Assembly: GCF_006345805.1 (NCBI RefSeq)
Contig: NC_043002.1
Span: 62,868,001-62,932,000 of the forward strand
Reading direction: 5' to 3'
DNA from: Octopus sinensis
Taxonomy: Eukaryota
Length of the DNA: 64,000 bases
The first letter of the stretch is position 1. The number at the start of each line of letters is the position of its first letter. This document shows, piece by piece, positions 29,095 to 40,476 of the stretch. The notes under the pieces were generated by a model, which saw only the letters and a list, made by a program, of their open reading frames with translations, was not told the DNA's origin and searched no databases. The position numbers were made by a program, and so were the translations under genes.

Positions 29095-29575
29095 AAGCTG
29101 CAGTTTTACCTACTATTTCTATATTTCGGAATGCAGACTTCTTCTTCCGGTCATTCTGAATGAGGGTGATTGAGTGGTTGGAAAAAGTATGTGTGTGTTG
29201 GGGTAATGGGACAGGGGAGGAAGGAGGAAGTTGACATGCACGGATTGATGTTGCTATAGCAACCAGTCTGCGTCGTGTCGTTCCTTCCTCTTGCTAATGG
29301 CTGGTTTCACTTCGCTTATAAGATGGGCTTCCAGAATTCTGAGCTTTCCTGGTTGCGTTGAATTGCGTTGATGAAAACTTTGAAGTTCCGCGTTCGGCAC
29401 GTCTTGAGTTGTTCCGTTATCGAATTGCCTGTCTGCATATGGTCCTTCATACGTATGTGTAGTTTTCTAGTGATGCTCCATACGTAGGGTGCTCCATATT
29501 TATTGCTGACTTCTTAGGCCATCGAGCATGCTTTGATGCCTTTCATAGGTCAGTTGATGAGGGTGAACCCCTCGA
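29095..29575 (-). mobile_element. Decayed PLE 3' fragment (GIY-YIG C-terminus and degenerate HHR)
   Basis: Minus translation gives GAPYVWSITRKLHIRMKDH and, after a frameshift, KLRILEAHLISEVKPAISKRKE. Downstream lies CGGAAGA-agaag..ttcc-GAAATATAG at about 29120-29150. Confidence 0.65.
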
Positions 29576-29663
<88 letters not shown>

Positions 29664-29696
29664 CGCACAATGATAGATCGCTAACCACAGAACATT

Positions 29697-29855
29697 TTTT
29701 CATTTTCTCACCTTGTTTATTTCTGTGTTCCTTTCTGTCGAAGCGCCTAGGCGCGAAACGTTAAAGACTTTCTCACTTCCCGAGCGAGAAACTAATACAT
29801 CTGTCTGTTGTTTACACACCCGTCTTCGTCTTTTGCTTTTTTCGTAAATTCTCAC
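29697..29855 (+). mobile_element. Short repeat family B with hammerhead-like fold (CUGUCGA core at 29731-29766)
   Basis: Reads cuuu-CUGUCGA-a-gcgc(cuag)gcgc-GAAA-cg-UU^aaag. The tail ttcccgagcgagaaactaatacatctg.. is shared with the other copies. Confidence 0.65.
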
Positions 29856-30787
29856 AATCTATCTATCTATCTATATATATAAACTTTCTTATTAATACAA
29901 ATTCGGTGTGCGTTGCGTCCCATTACTTGATAAAGGAAAACATGTAAAAACATACTACATAACGTATACTGAATATAAAAACGAACGGGAAACAAAAAAG
30001 AAGGTACGTAATTCTTCATCAGTTATCGATCAAATGGTAACATTCAGTTTCGCACCTTTGACAATAAGTCTAAGTCCTTATATATACACAGACACCTTTA
30101 TATATATAAATACATATACATACATATACACATACATACACATACATACATACACATACATATACATACATATACATACACATACATACACATACACATG
30201 CATACATACATACATACATACATATATATATATAAATTGTTATCCTTTCATGCACGTACCTGTCAACATAGCATTTTACCTTTCTTCGTACTTATATATT
30301 GACCGAGGAATATCTAAGTTCCGTACCACGTATGTATGTATTTGCAGTTTATATAATGTACAAACACAATAATACACTCACACAGGCATATACACACACA
30401 TACGGACACATTTATTTATACACGCTCGCAATCAAATAATAATAATGTTAGTCCCAATATTTGTATGAGCTTTTATATAAATCGATCAATTAATCAAATA
30501 GAATATCAATCAATCCTGATATCTACCTGTATATTTTTGTCTTTGTTAATCCTTTTCGTACTGTCTACCTCCCTCCCTCCGTCTCTTCCCCTTCCTACAT
30601 ACATAGCTACCTACCAACTAAAGTACCTGCCTGCCTTATTACCTACATATCTATCTATCTATCGATCGATCGATCTGTCTATCTATCTATCTATCTGTCT
30701 ATCTGTCTATCTATCTATCTATCTGTATATAGTTACACACACATATATATGCACGTATGTGTGTGTGTAGTGTGTATACATACATGC

Positions 30788-30817
<30 letters not shown>

Positions 30818-30818
<1 letters not shown>

Positions 30819-30860
30819 GAGGCGCAATGGCCCAGTGGTTAGGGCAGCGGACCCACGGTC

Positions 30861-30932
<72 letters not shown>

Positions 30933-31180
30933 TCCCAGACCGGGCGTTGTGTGTGTTTATTGAGCGAAAACACCTAAAGCTCCACGAGGCTTCGGCAAGG
31001 GTGGTGGCGACCCCTGTTGTACTCTTTCGCCCCAACTTTCTCTCACACTTTCTTTCTGTTTCTTGAATAACGCTGCGATGGATTGGCGTCCCGTCCAGCT
31101 GGGTGGGGGAACACATACGCCACAGAAACCGGGAAACCGGGTCCATGAGCCTGGCTAGGCTAGAAAAGGGCGCATAAATA
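30818..31180 (+). mobile_element. tRNA-derived SINE family S4 interrupted by (AGAT)18
   Basis: Reads ggaggcgcaatggcccagtggttagggcagcgg..[AGAT array 30861-30932]..tcccagaccgggcgttg. Confidence 0.85.
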
Positions 31181-31981
31181 AATAATAAATGTGTATATAT
31201 ATGTACGCATGCACATATACACATATACATGCTTACATACATACATTCAAACATAAGTACATACATACATATCTACATACTTACAAATACATACACATTC
31301 ATGTATCGCTTTTATTGCAAATAAAGTTGTGCAATGCAGTTTACTGCCGTCTTCACCGGGAGACACCATGTTTTATTGACGTGCTAGGCTTAAATGCACA
31401 AGATATACTGTATCAGACGAATTTCATCCTAGCAGTTGTTGGTGAGAATGGCAGCTGCATTGTTTTCACTTCTGCCTTGTTACTGGTTTAAGTCACGAAA
31501 CTGCATACCAGGCGTATTAAAATATTAGAAAATAGACAAACAAGACCATGCGACTCTTTAAAGAAAAACAGGTGAACTTCTAGAACTTCTAGTTTATTTA
31601 GATTTAATTCATATCCGTTCATATTCCGTTCAGGTCAATATAATGAAAGAGGCATTTGAAAGCGATTGAAACAGGTAGATTATCTATATAAATAGATAAA
31701 TCTTTAAACTCTTCAATCCTTCCATGATAAAATAATGTTCTGAGAGCATTTTGTTTTTGTATTTTCAAATATATATGTATTTATATACGTGAATATATAT
31801 AAGTATGTGCATATACAGTGTAACGGTATGGTTTAAGGTGTAGTCAGTGATCACCAGTGTAAAGGTATTTGTGATGATAATTGTTGGAGTTGGTAGTTAG
31901 CGATTGTAACGGATGTTGATGTTGCAGATGTGCAAGAAGAAAGAAAAACGGTGATCAAAGTTGATGTTGACTTGAGATTTA

Positions 31982-32766
31982 GGATCTTTTCCTTTTGAAC
32001 GGCACATGTCAACACAATTTCTACTTAACTAAACACTTTTAAACTTCGTATACTAGTAGAATGTGTTTATAAAACATCATTTTTTTCTTGGCTTTATTGA
32101 GAAAATTCTATAGTTTGTAAGATATTTCGTCTGAAATGTCGAGCATTTCGACAATTTTAACCAATCGCTGACCACCTTTTGGGGTGAAAACATTCCGTGC
32201 TGTATGAATATGTCCCTCGTTTAAGAAACAGATTGGGTTTATTTACATTTGCGAAGAAAAAAGATACCCTTCCCCCCACCCCTAATCCTAAATCTAAAAT
32301 AGATTGAAATGCAATAGATCGATACTAGGGTTATGATTATGGGTGACATTTTCATTTGACACCGCTAGGATAAAATCCCATTTTCCGTAGCGGTGTCGTA
32401 TGAAATTGTCACCCATAATTATAACCCTAGTATCGATCTATTGCATTTCAATATATTTTAGATTTAGGGTTAGGGTTAGGGTATCTTTTTTTCTTCGCAA
32501 ATGTAAATAAACCCAATCTGTTTCTTAATCGAGGGACATATTCATACAGCACGAAATGTTTTCACCCCAAATGGAGGTCAGCGATTGGTTAAAATTGCCG
32601 AAATGCTTGAAATTAAAGTGGAAATATGTTACAACATATAGAATTTTCTCAATAAAGCCAAGAAAAAATGATGTTTTATAAACACATTCTACCAGTATAC
32701 GAAGTTTAAAAGTGTTTAGTTAAGTAGAAATTGTGTTGACATGTGCCGTTCAAAAGGAAAAGATCC
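31982..32766. mobile_element. 785-bp foldback/MITE with 8-bp TSD GAGATTTA
   Basis: Arms are complementary from ggatcttttcc / ggaaaagatcc almost to the centre (about 32378). GAGATTTA lies at 31974-31981 and 32767-32774, and (TTAGGG)3 at 32464-32481. Confidence 0.9.
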
Positions 32767-33320
32767 GAGATTTATTTATTTACCATTGCTTAATATAATG
32801 CCATGCCTCGATAGGCACGTGGATAATATAAGTGGAAAAGCATGCGAAGCAAAGAGTTAATTTCTTCGTGTACAAGTATGTACGTTCTCATTGTAGTAGT
32901 AAGAAGTCAGAGACAGAGTGATGTTGCAGAGAAAAGAAGGCGAGCCAGTGTAAGTTAGAGAGTCGAGGAAAGTTGTGTCTCATAGTCGCTGATGAAAGCT
33001 TTCTTTCTTCTTCTGGTCGTTTGTCACAAGTTGGTCTCTGTTCACTAATTATTTTTTCTTGAGAATCTTCTGCATATATACCTATCGCAAGATAGCGATA
33101 AAGAGAGACAAACCGTTATCCAAACAATAAGTATTTTGGAACGTTTATTGTTCTGTCAATTTGTCTACAAAAGGTTAGCCACGGTCAAGTAGCAAAGACG
33201 TATAGTAAATATAACTGCTGTCACCACTGTTTCTCTGTGAGTAGAGTGCTGTTGAAATGTTTTAAGAAATTTATCGCTTCAGGTTCGAAACTACTCTATG
33301 CCTAAAAGAAGTCCACTAGA

Positions 33321-33400
33321 ACTATAATCCTCCGAATATCGCGGGTGTTACGTTCCAAAACTTCTCGCGATAAGTGAATATCTGCGAAGTAGAAACACTA
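33321..33400 (+). mobile_element. pogo/Tigger-like MITE end
   Basis: ctataatcctccgaatatcgcgggtgttacgttcc..gcgaagtagaaac is homologous to 63567-63650. Confidence 0.45.
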
Positions 33401-33710
33401 CTGTACTGTTTATATTTTTTTATCATTTTCATAATTTGTATATATTTTATTATAAATGCAAAACAATACCACACACTCGCCTCCCAAGTTTCCTTTTCCA
33501 TACAGTATCTGTGATTCTTTGTTTATTCATCTACGGTACACTACATATTTTCTTTTAATATATTTTTATTAATGTGTTATAGAGTGCAGTACTGCATCTT
33601 TATTTATTAATTTATTGATTTTTAGACAGGAAAATGCTTATTTTCCCAGAAAAGTAATTAGAATCTACAAAAAATATAAATATGTATCGGCCGTAGAAAA
33701 TAGCCACTAC

Positions 33711-33872
33711 ACATTCTTTATTTTCTCTCCTTGTTTCTTTCTGTGTTCCTTTCCTTGGAACAGCGTAGGCTCGAAACGTTAAAGACTTTTTCACTTCCCG
33801 AGTGTGAAACTAATACATCTGTTTGTTGTCTACACCACCTGCCTTCGTTTTTTGTTTTTTTGTGAATTCTCT

Positions 33873-33877
<5 letters not shown>
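33711..33877 (+). mobile_element. Short repeat family B, degenerate HHR core
   Basis: Reads cctttccttggaacagcgtaggctcgaaacgttaaagac plus the family tail, ending at (TA)n. Confidence 0.6.
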
Positions 33878-33914
<37 letters not shown>

Positions 33915-33918
33915 CATG

Positions 33919-34127
33919 CGAGGGTAAGTCAAACATTATCCTCACTTTCGCAATAACATATCTTTATTCTTATCACACTGCCTTCTGCGTATTCGTGCTT
34001 ATAGTTGGTACCATTGTGGTCACGTGATCGGAGTTTGAGCCTGATGGCGTCGTTTTTCTTTCTGGCTTTACAGTGTAAGCATGACTGCTCCACTAGCAAT
34101 ATGCGCCAAAGTAGAACAAAGAGCAGT
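33919..34127 (+). mobile_element. Mariner 5' fragment (TIR and first codons)
   Basis: A TIR-like cgagggtaagtcaaa follows (TA)n, and MTAPLAICAKVEQRAV starts at 34081. Confidence 0.6.
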
Positions 34128-34290
34128 GAACTGGAAGATGGTAGGAGACCAGCACATAAACCCCAAATGAGGTTCAAGGACTACCCCAGAATTGCTCTGA
34201 TTCAGACAGGAGTTTCACTTGTTGATTGGGAGAGGATGGCGCAAAACTGAGTTGGATGGAGGAAGAATGTGCACAGTGGTTACGAGAAAA
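34128..34290 (+). mobile_element. RTE-clade LINE 3' ORF fragment
   Basis: ELEDGRRPAHKPQMRFKDYPRIALIQTGVSLVDWERMAQN*VGWRKNVHSG matches the RTE C-terminal GxR..GRP..R(Y/F)KD..W...A.DR..WR pattern. Confidence 0.65.
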
Positions 34291-35135
34291 TTATGCAGTA
34301 GAATGTGCAGATATTTCGCCAGGCTCAAGAGTCATACGAGAGCCTCACATTGCGTCATCAATGACTCATTTCAATTATTCTCTCTGGCAATGGCTTTGCT
34401 CGTTTACGACGAAGCAGCTACTGTGTATGTCATTATTCAGTTTCATTTCATAATTCTTTGCCAATAGAGAATAAGTTGGTTTCTAACCTAGATCCAGGGT
34501 ACTTTGATTGGAATTTCAACCTCACCAACAGTATGTATGTATGTATGTATGTATGTATGTGTGTGTGTATGTATACGTGCATATTTGTATGTTTTGTTTT
34601 ATGTATGACTTCTCATGCATATACTTGTACACCTAGACATGCTTATATATATTTAAATGATAAACTTGTGGAAAGTTTTACAGAATTTTACAGTCTCAGT
34701 GATGGCTTCGAATCAGCTTTCTCCTTTCTAGTTTTGAGAAGCCTAATTTCTCAAAATTATTATTTTGGCAGAGTGTTACATATCCCAGTGCCACAATAAT
34801 TACAATGTATGTATGTACATTTACTCTTTCGTTTAAACAATCGAGTGCTTCTGCAATAATAGTACCAAAGCTAGAGAATTTCTAGACATTTTCTACAGCA
34901 CAATGCCACGAAAGCCGTGAAGAATTTTTATATGTTGCTACTGCTTCGATGCAGCCATAAGTTAATTTTCTTCAAAACTGCAGCATCATAACAAACAACA
35001 TCTTTTGAGTTAATTTTGGAAGAAGGAATCGCTGGGAAGCTCATCGTTTAGATATGTATCTTCACTCCCGAACACTCTTCACACATGCTCACACACAAAC
35101 ACGTGTGTGTGTGTTTGTTTATGTATGTATGTATG

Positions 35136-35188
<53 letters not shown>

Positions 35189-36157
35189 TATATATATATG
35201 CATGTGTGTGTGTTTGTGTGTGTATGTGTGGAGGAGAATCATGTGTTTTTCAGTTTGCGTTAATGGTTCAGTCCATGATACCCGGTGATCTATTGTTTCC
35301 GTTCTTGCATCAACACTTCGGCTAAAACCGATTTATAGCACACGTACCGTATTTTAGACCATCCTGTAGTAGAACTGATGGGCTGAAAGGCAATGCCTGG
35401 CGTTGCTAATGATGACTAATATTCTGAGTGGTGCCTTCGAATTTTTAACCACACGGCAATGAACTCACTCATGGGTACTGGTTTCACAACTCATATCATG
35501 TTTAATTAGGGTCTATTTTATTTCTTTTTCTTCATTATGCACTTGTGTATTGAGCAGGCTACTATAGATATGAAGAAAAGCGTTTGGGCACGCGCGTATA
35601 GTTCGTGTGTGTGTTTCTTTCGACAATATTTTTGGAATGGAGCAGCGTTTAACAAGTTTATGTGTTGGTCACGACCCAAAATGGGAAAGTATGGTGAAAA
35701 CAAAATCTATTTTTTACTGCCTTTCTTGTTTTTTTTTTTGTTTTACATTTCAAATCTTTAATAAAATGCAAGATATTCATGAATATTTAATAGATTAAGC
35801 CATAGGCGTAATGGCTTTAACAACTTAATATTGATAAGAAAAATTCAAGACTGGTTCCTAAGAAAAAAAAACACGAGATGCTAACTACGCTGCGTTCATT
35901 ATATATACATGCATACCAACACACACATACCCACTCACATATACATATGTATGTGTGTGTGTGTGTATGCGCGAGCGTGCGAGTGTACTGTATATGTGTA
36001 GGGATTATGGAACGGATAATTATTGATTCACCGGAATGGATTTCGGTGTTAGAACGTTAGAATTTTTAGATTTAAGTGATGGAAACGTATGAAAGACAAA
36101 GATGGAGCGAGAGAGAATTGTTTATGAACACCTAGCACCCCCATAGTGCATATAAAC

Positions 36158-36198
<41 letters not shown>

Positions 36199-36199
36199 T

Positions 36200-36347
36200 A
36201 GGCGCAGGAGTGGCTGTGTGGTAAAAAGCTTGCTTTCCAACCACATGGTTCTGGGTTTAGACCCACTGCAGTGTCTTCTACTATAGCCTCGGGCCGACTA
36301 AATCTTTGTGAGTGAATTTAGTAGACGGAAACTGAAAGAAGCCCATC
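36200..36347 (+). mobile_element. SINE family S2, head half
   Basis: Reads ggcgcaggagtggctgtgtggtaa..gacggaaactgaaagaagccc. Confidence 0.8.
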
Positions 36348-37170
36348 CATGTTTTCGTATACATTCGTTGCTTTCTTCCAATGAATCTAGTGTTCTTAGC
36401 TTAGATTTTCTTTAGGGGGGGGCTGTACCTCTGAAAAACCTAAACCTTGTGTATAATACGCACCCCTTCTCTAACTTAAGTTAAGGAGGTCTATATAACG
36501 TCCTTTGTTTGTAAAAATGTATACGGTAACGTCCTTTATTATTATTGTATATATATATAACGTAATGCAAACGTGTAGTTTTTCAGGGCATTTTGTTTGC
36601 AGAAAATAAAGAAAAAACAGTAATAACGTTTAATAAATGTTGCTTACTGCAAGTTATGGATGATTCTTTTGTGACTTCATTGCTTTTAGGCTTAGCTTAA
36701 TGTATTTTCGCACCCGACATCAGAAAATGCGTCGGAATAAACATTGCCGGACAGCAAATAGAGACTCGGACGTTGCTTAGAAAATAATTTTCATTTTTAA
36801 CCTCGTATATAGTACTCAGTAGGGATTTTGACCTTTAAATTTTGCGAAAACAGTGCGAATTATACTCGAGGATTTACGGTATATATTTCATACAAGACTT
36901 TAGTGTCACCATCTCTAGTCTAGCACTTATTCTGTACTGATGAAGAGGAATAACCCAAAAGCAACTGGCGCACAAGTATTGCTTTAGATGTGAGTGGAGA
37001 CACTAAACTCCCTTGTTCGAAAATATAAGGATGCAGATAGTACGCCGATAGCCAACTGGAGACGATTTTTCCTGGGCCTAAATAACAGTAATATTCGTCC
37101 TATTCAGGACCGCGAAATTATGTTGACTACGAATCTTTGCTCTCTCTCTCTCTCTCTCCATATGTATATA

Positions 37171-37366
37171 TACCTGAGTAAGCACATAAATGTGAAACAG
37201 GGTAGAAAATATAGTACTCGAATACCGGAGGTAGAGTATTATGCTCTATTAATAAAGCTACAAAGACATCGCAAAAACTCTTGGTTAGAGTTTCATGTTC
37301 CTGTTCGACGGACAGTTTTGTCCACCAAAACTGTTCGACGAATGGGAACGCGAAACTCTGAATAAC
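37171..37366 (-). mobile_element. Fold-back PLE pseudo-LTR derivative, family A, with two inverted degenerate HHR cores
   Basis: The family A tail is present in reverse. acagttttg-tccac-caaaactgt joins two opposed HHR-like halves (TCGACGA..GAAA on +; CCGTCGA..GAAA on -). Confidence 0.65.
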
Positions 37367-37423
37367 TGAGTAAATTTCAGTAACCGTTGTAAAACCGATT
37401 ATAGCAGTGACTCGAGTAATACC

Positions 37424-37479
37424 TAGCGATATCTGAAGAAGAAATTTTTTATATTCCGAAATAATATCATATCAGGCTA
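37424..37479 (+). ncRNA. Type I hammerhead-like motif (family C)
   Basis: Reads uagc-gauau-CUGAAGA-a-gaa..uuc-c-GAAA-uaaua-UC^auauc-ag-gcua. Stem I is 5+4 bp; stem II is weak with an A.C base. Confidence 0.55.
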
Positions 37480-37710
37480 TGGATAATTAAATTATAACAG
37501 TTATAGTCCACTCTGCATTGTTGTGCCATTTAAGACACGTTATATTTTTTCTGAGTAAGAGTTTTTACGATATCTTGGCAGCCCTATGAATAAAGTACAC
37601 ACACACACACACAAATGTATGTATGTATGAATGTATGTATGTATTTTCCACTGCGAGTATATATATATATATATAATATATATATATATATTATATATAT
37701 ATATATATAT

Positions 37711-37761
<51 letters not shown>

Positions 37762-38039
37762 TGTGTGTGTGTATGCATATCTATATCTGTCTCTCTCCGG
37801 TGAACAGAAATTTCTCCTTTTTCAGCGACGTATTACTTCTTTCACGTTAAACCATAGTGCATAAAATAGATTACTGCTTCCAGCTGTGATCAGCCTATAA
37901 CAAATTGAATAATATGTACATTATCCGGTCACTTAGTCCACTGATGCGTTTCTGCAGCTTAGTGTCAACTGTAAAGTTTTAAATGTTACTGTGATGACAT
38001 TTGCAATGACATTATGTAAAGAAGTCTATAATAATTTCT

Positions 38040-38235
38040 AAAACAGGCAGAAGGCCTAAAATTTGCAGCGTGGTGTACGTAGATTGCCTCGATTCTAGTG
38101 TTGAGCAGGTTCCTATTTAATTGAACTTAAAAGGATGAAAAGCAAAGTCGAGGTCTGCAGAATTTGAACTCCGACTGTAAAAACAAACAAAATGATACTA
38201 AGCATTTTATTCGGTGTAATAACGATTCTACCTGG
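38040..38235 (-). mobile_element. SINE family S1, degenerate
   Basis: Contains aaaggatgaaaagcaaagtcgagg..gaatttgaactcc. Confidence 0.6.
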
Positions 38236-39468
38236 TTGAGACGTTTGCATTATGTAAATAATAAGCGAGGCAGAAAGAACACTACACTTTTGTGCATACT
38301 GCTAGTGATTAGCGAATTTATTCGTCTCGAGGTCAATCCGACAACATAAAATGTTGGGCCCCGTTAACCAGGAAACATTTAATTTCCGGCACCAGCATGC
38401 AAAATATACAGACATTGGATAATTTCTTCAGCATCTGATTCTATTTTGTTGAAATCTTTATTGAAATAAAGATATATAACATCAATGTTGAATCCCTGTC
38501 CTACAGCACTGGGAAAAAATCTGTATTAGTGAGTTTTACCAAACTGCAGTGAAAAGCTTTTACACTTCCAAATATGTCGCAAAAGTATTTGAACTTGCCT
38601 CAGGTTGTTTATTTTCTGCTATTGCTTTACGCAGCTACCCACAGAGTTGGGTAAGCAGTAAAAAATATTTACTGAATTTTGAAACAGGAAGCCAAGCTTT
38701 CCTCTAAAGTGAGAGTTGCCTGTTTTGGTATCTGGTTCTGAAGAGAACTAAAGAGCTCGAAATGTAACTGGTAGTCTATAAGTGTAGCTCTTAGCTGACT
38801 TTCATGCTCTTACAACTTTTTATCGTTTGCGAGAATTTATTTTTCCTAAGCAGCAAACTGCATCGATAGTCCTTTATAGATTCAGATATGTCTCAAGCAT
38901 ACTTAAACTGCTCTTAAGGTTAATGTTTCTAACTGTGAAAATCATTCACTTTGGTCTCAGCCGTCTTTGGAATAAATTGATGATACGACAATTAGTGTGC
39001 TCAAACATTGATTCCCTACAAGTGATTAATTGGTCTTGTTAAAAATTGGAATAGTATACAGAGACATTAACCATTCAAGTAAATTAATTGTGTCCAGCAA
39101 TATCCTCCTGAGAGAAGATACAGGTTGATATCTGCACTAGTTAAAGATACGAGAGGGAATCCAATCAGAGGTCTGAAACTACATTGAGTTTAAATTTGGT
39201 CGCGCTATGATTAGGGTTAGGTGTCTGGGTGAGTGAACCTATGTCAAGGAGAATATGTTGAATGCTATCACAAACATAGATTTTCCGCTGGGTCGAGAAG
39301 ATATCAAGGTTTTCTCGCCATAACATAGTCACCATAAGTAGCCAGTACAAAGCATGATACACGTTACCAAGCTTTTATTTACATATTAATGTATACGTAT
39401 ACAACATACACAGCACACCCGCACACACATACACACGATAGGTTTGTGCCTGATGTATATATATATAT

Positions 39469-39534
<66 letters not shown>

Positions 39535-39992
39535 CAAAATATAAATTTATATCTTGAGTGACAACAACGCTCAAGATATACAACGGACTGGAAATAGAAG
39601 TGCTCTAATGAGCTGTATACACTTTTTTATCTGAGGGGTGGCAATGCGAGCAACAACCACAGGAACATCAGAAAATCCATAGAATGACCAAACACATACA
39701 AATCTTCATATACTCATTCATATCTATAAAGCCCGACATTTAAATATTTTAAAATTTAGTAATATATAAATATATCATATAAAAATATAAATTTTGCATA
39801 TAACACCTTGAATTTACGCTTAAAACATTTAGTATAAATTTGTTACAATAAGAGAAATAAATATAATAATAATAAATAAAAATAAAGCATACAAGGCATA
39901 TTAAAAGACGAATTAGGATTCTAGCGAAATGTACATAGAAGATAATTATACAAGTTTACAAAAATATAAGTTTACAAAGATACACAGAAGTC

Positions 39993-40077
39993 CATCTACG
40001 GGCCATTTCGGAGACGCGCCAAATAATATTATTAAACATATCATATACTTAAATTTGGCACTCCCCTCATCAGGATG
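39993..40077 (-). ncRNA. Type I hammerhead ribozyme in PLE 3' region
   Basis: Minus strand reads CAUC-CUGAUGA-[long stem II ggggagugccaaau/auuuggcgcgucucc]-GAAA-uggcccg-UA^GAUG. Stem I is 4 bp. Predicted cleavage is GUA^ between 39997 and 39996. Confidence 0.8.
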
Positions 40078-40476
40078 TCCTATACATACAACACATAGTA
40101 CACGTAAAGGAATACACAATCACATACCGGCCACATTCAGAACCTAGACATTAGGTACTCCCAGAAACTTTTCTCCGATCCTGAATGCTACTTTATACGC
40201 ATATAATTCGACCCAGCAGCCATTGTAAATGGTATGCACACAGCGCCATCTGGACCATTTCACTTTTGCACTTATTTTATTTTATTTTATATCAATCTTT
40301 TGAATTCCCACATACATGCAAAGCCACATATTCGGGTTCAATTCCTTGACACATTTTATACTAATAGCTATGTTTTTCCTTTAATATTTTTTTTTTAATA
40401 ATTACATGACTTTAGTTTTATTTCATTTACTACTTACTATACTTACTAAATTTAATTCAATTCTTATTGCTTAGCT

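Noticed and set aside
35408-35428. C/D-box-like ATGATGA..CTGA
   Set aside because: The boxes are only about 8 nt apart, too short for a snoRNA.
36930-36975. CTGATGA-agaggaataaccc-AAAA motif as a functional ribozyme
   Set aside because: GAAA is mutated and there is no convincing stem I or III.
38733-38772. CTGAAGA-gaactaaagagctc-GAAA-tgTA hammerhead-like motif
   Set aside because: The core and most of stem II fit, but stem I does not pair; at best a decayed copy.
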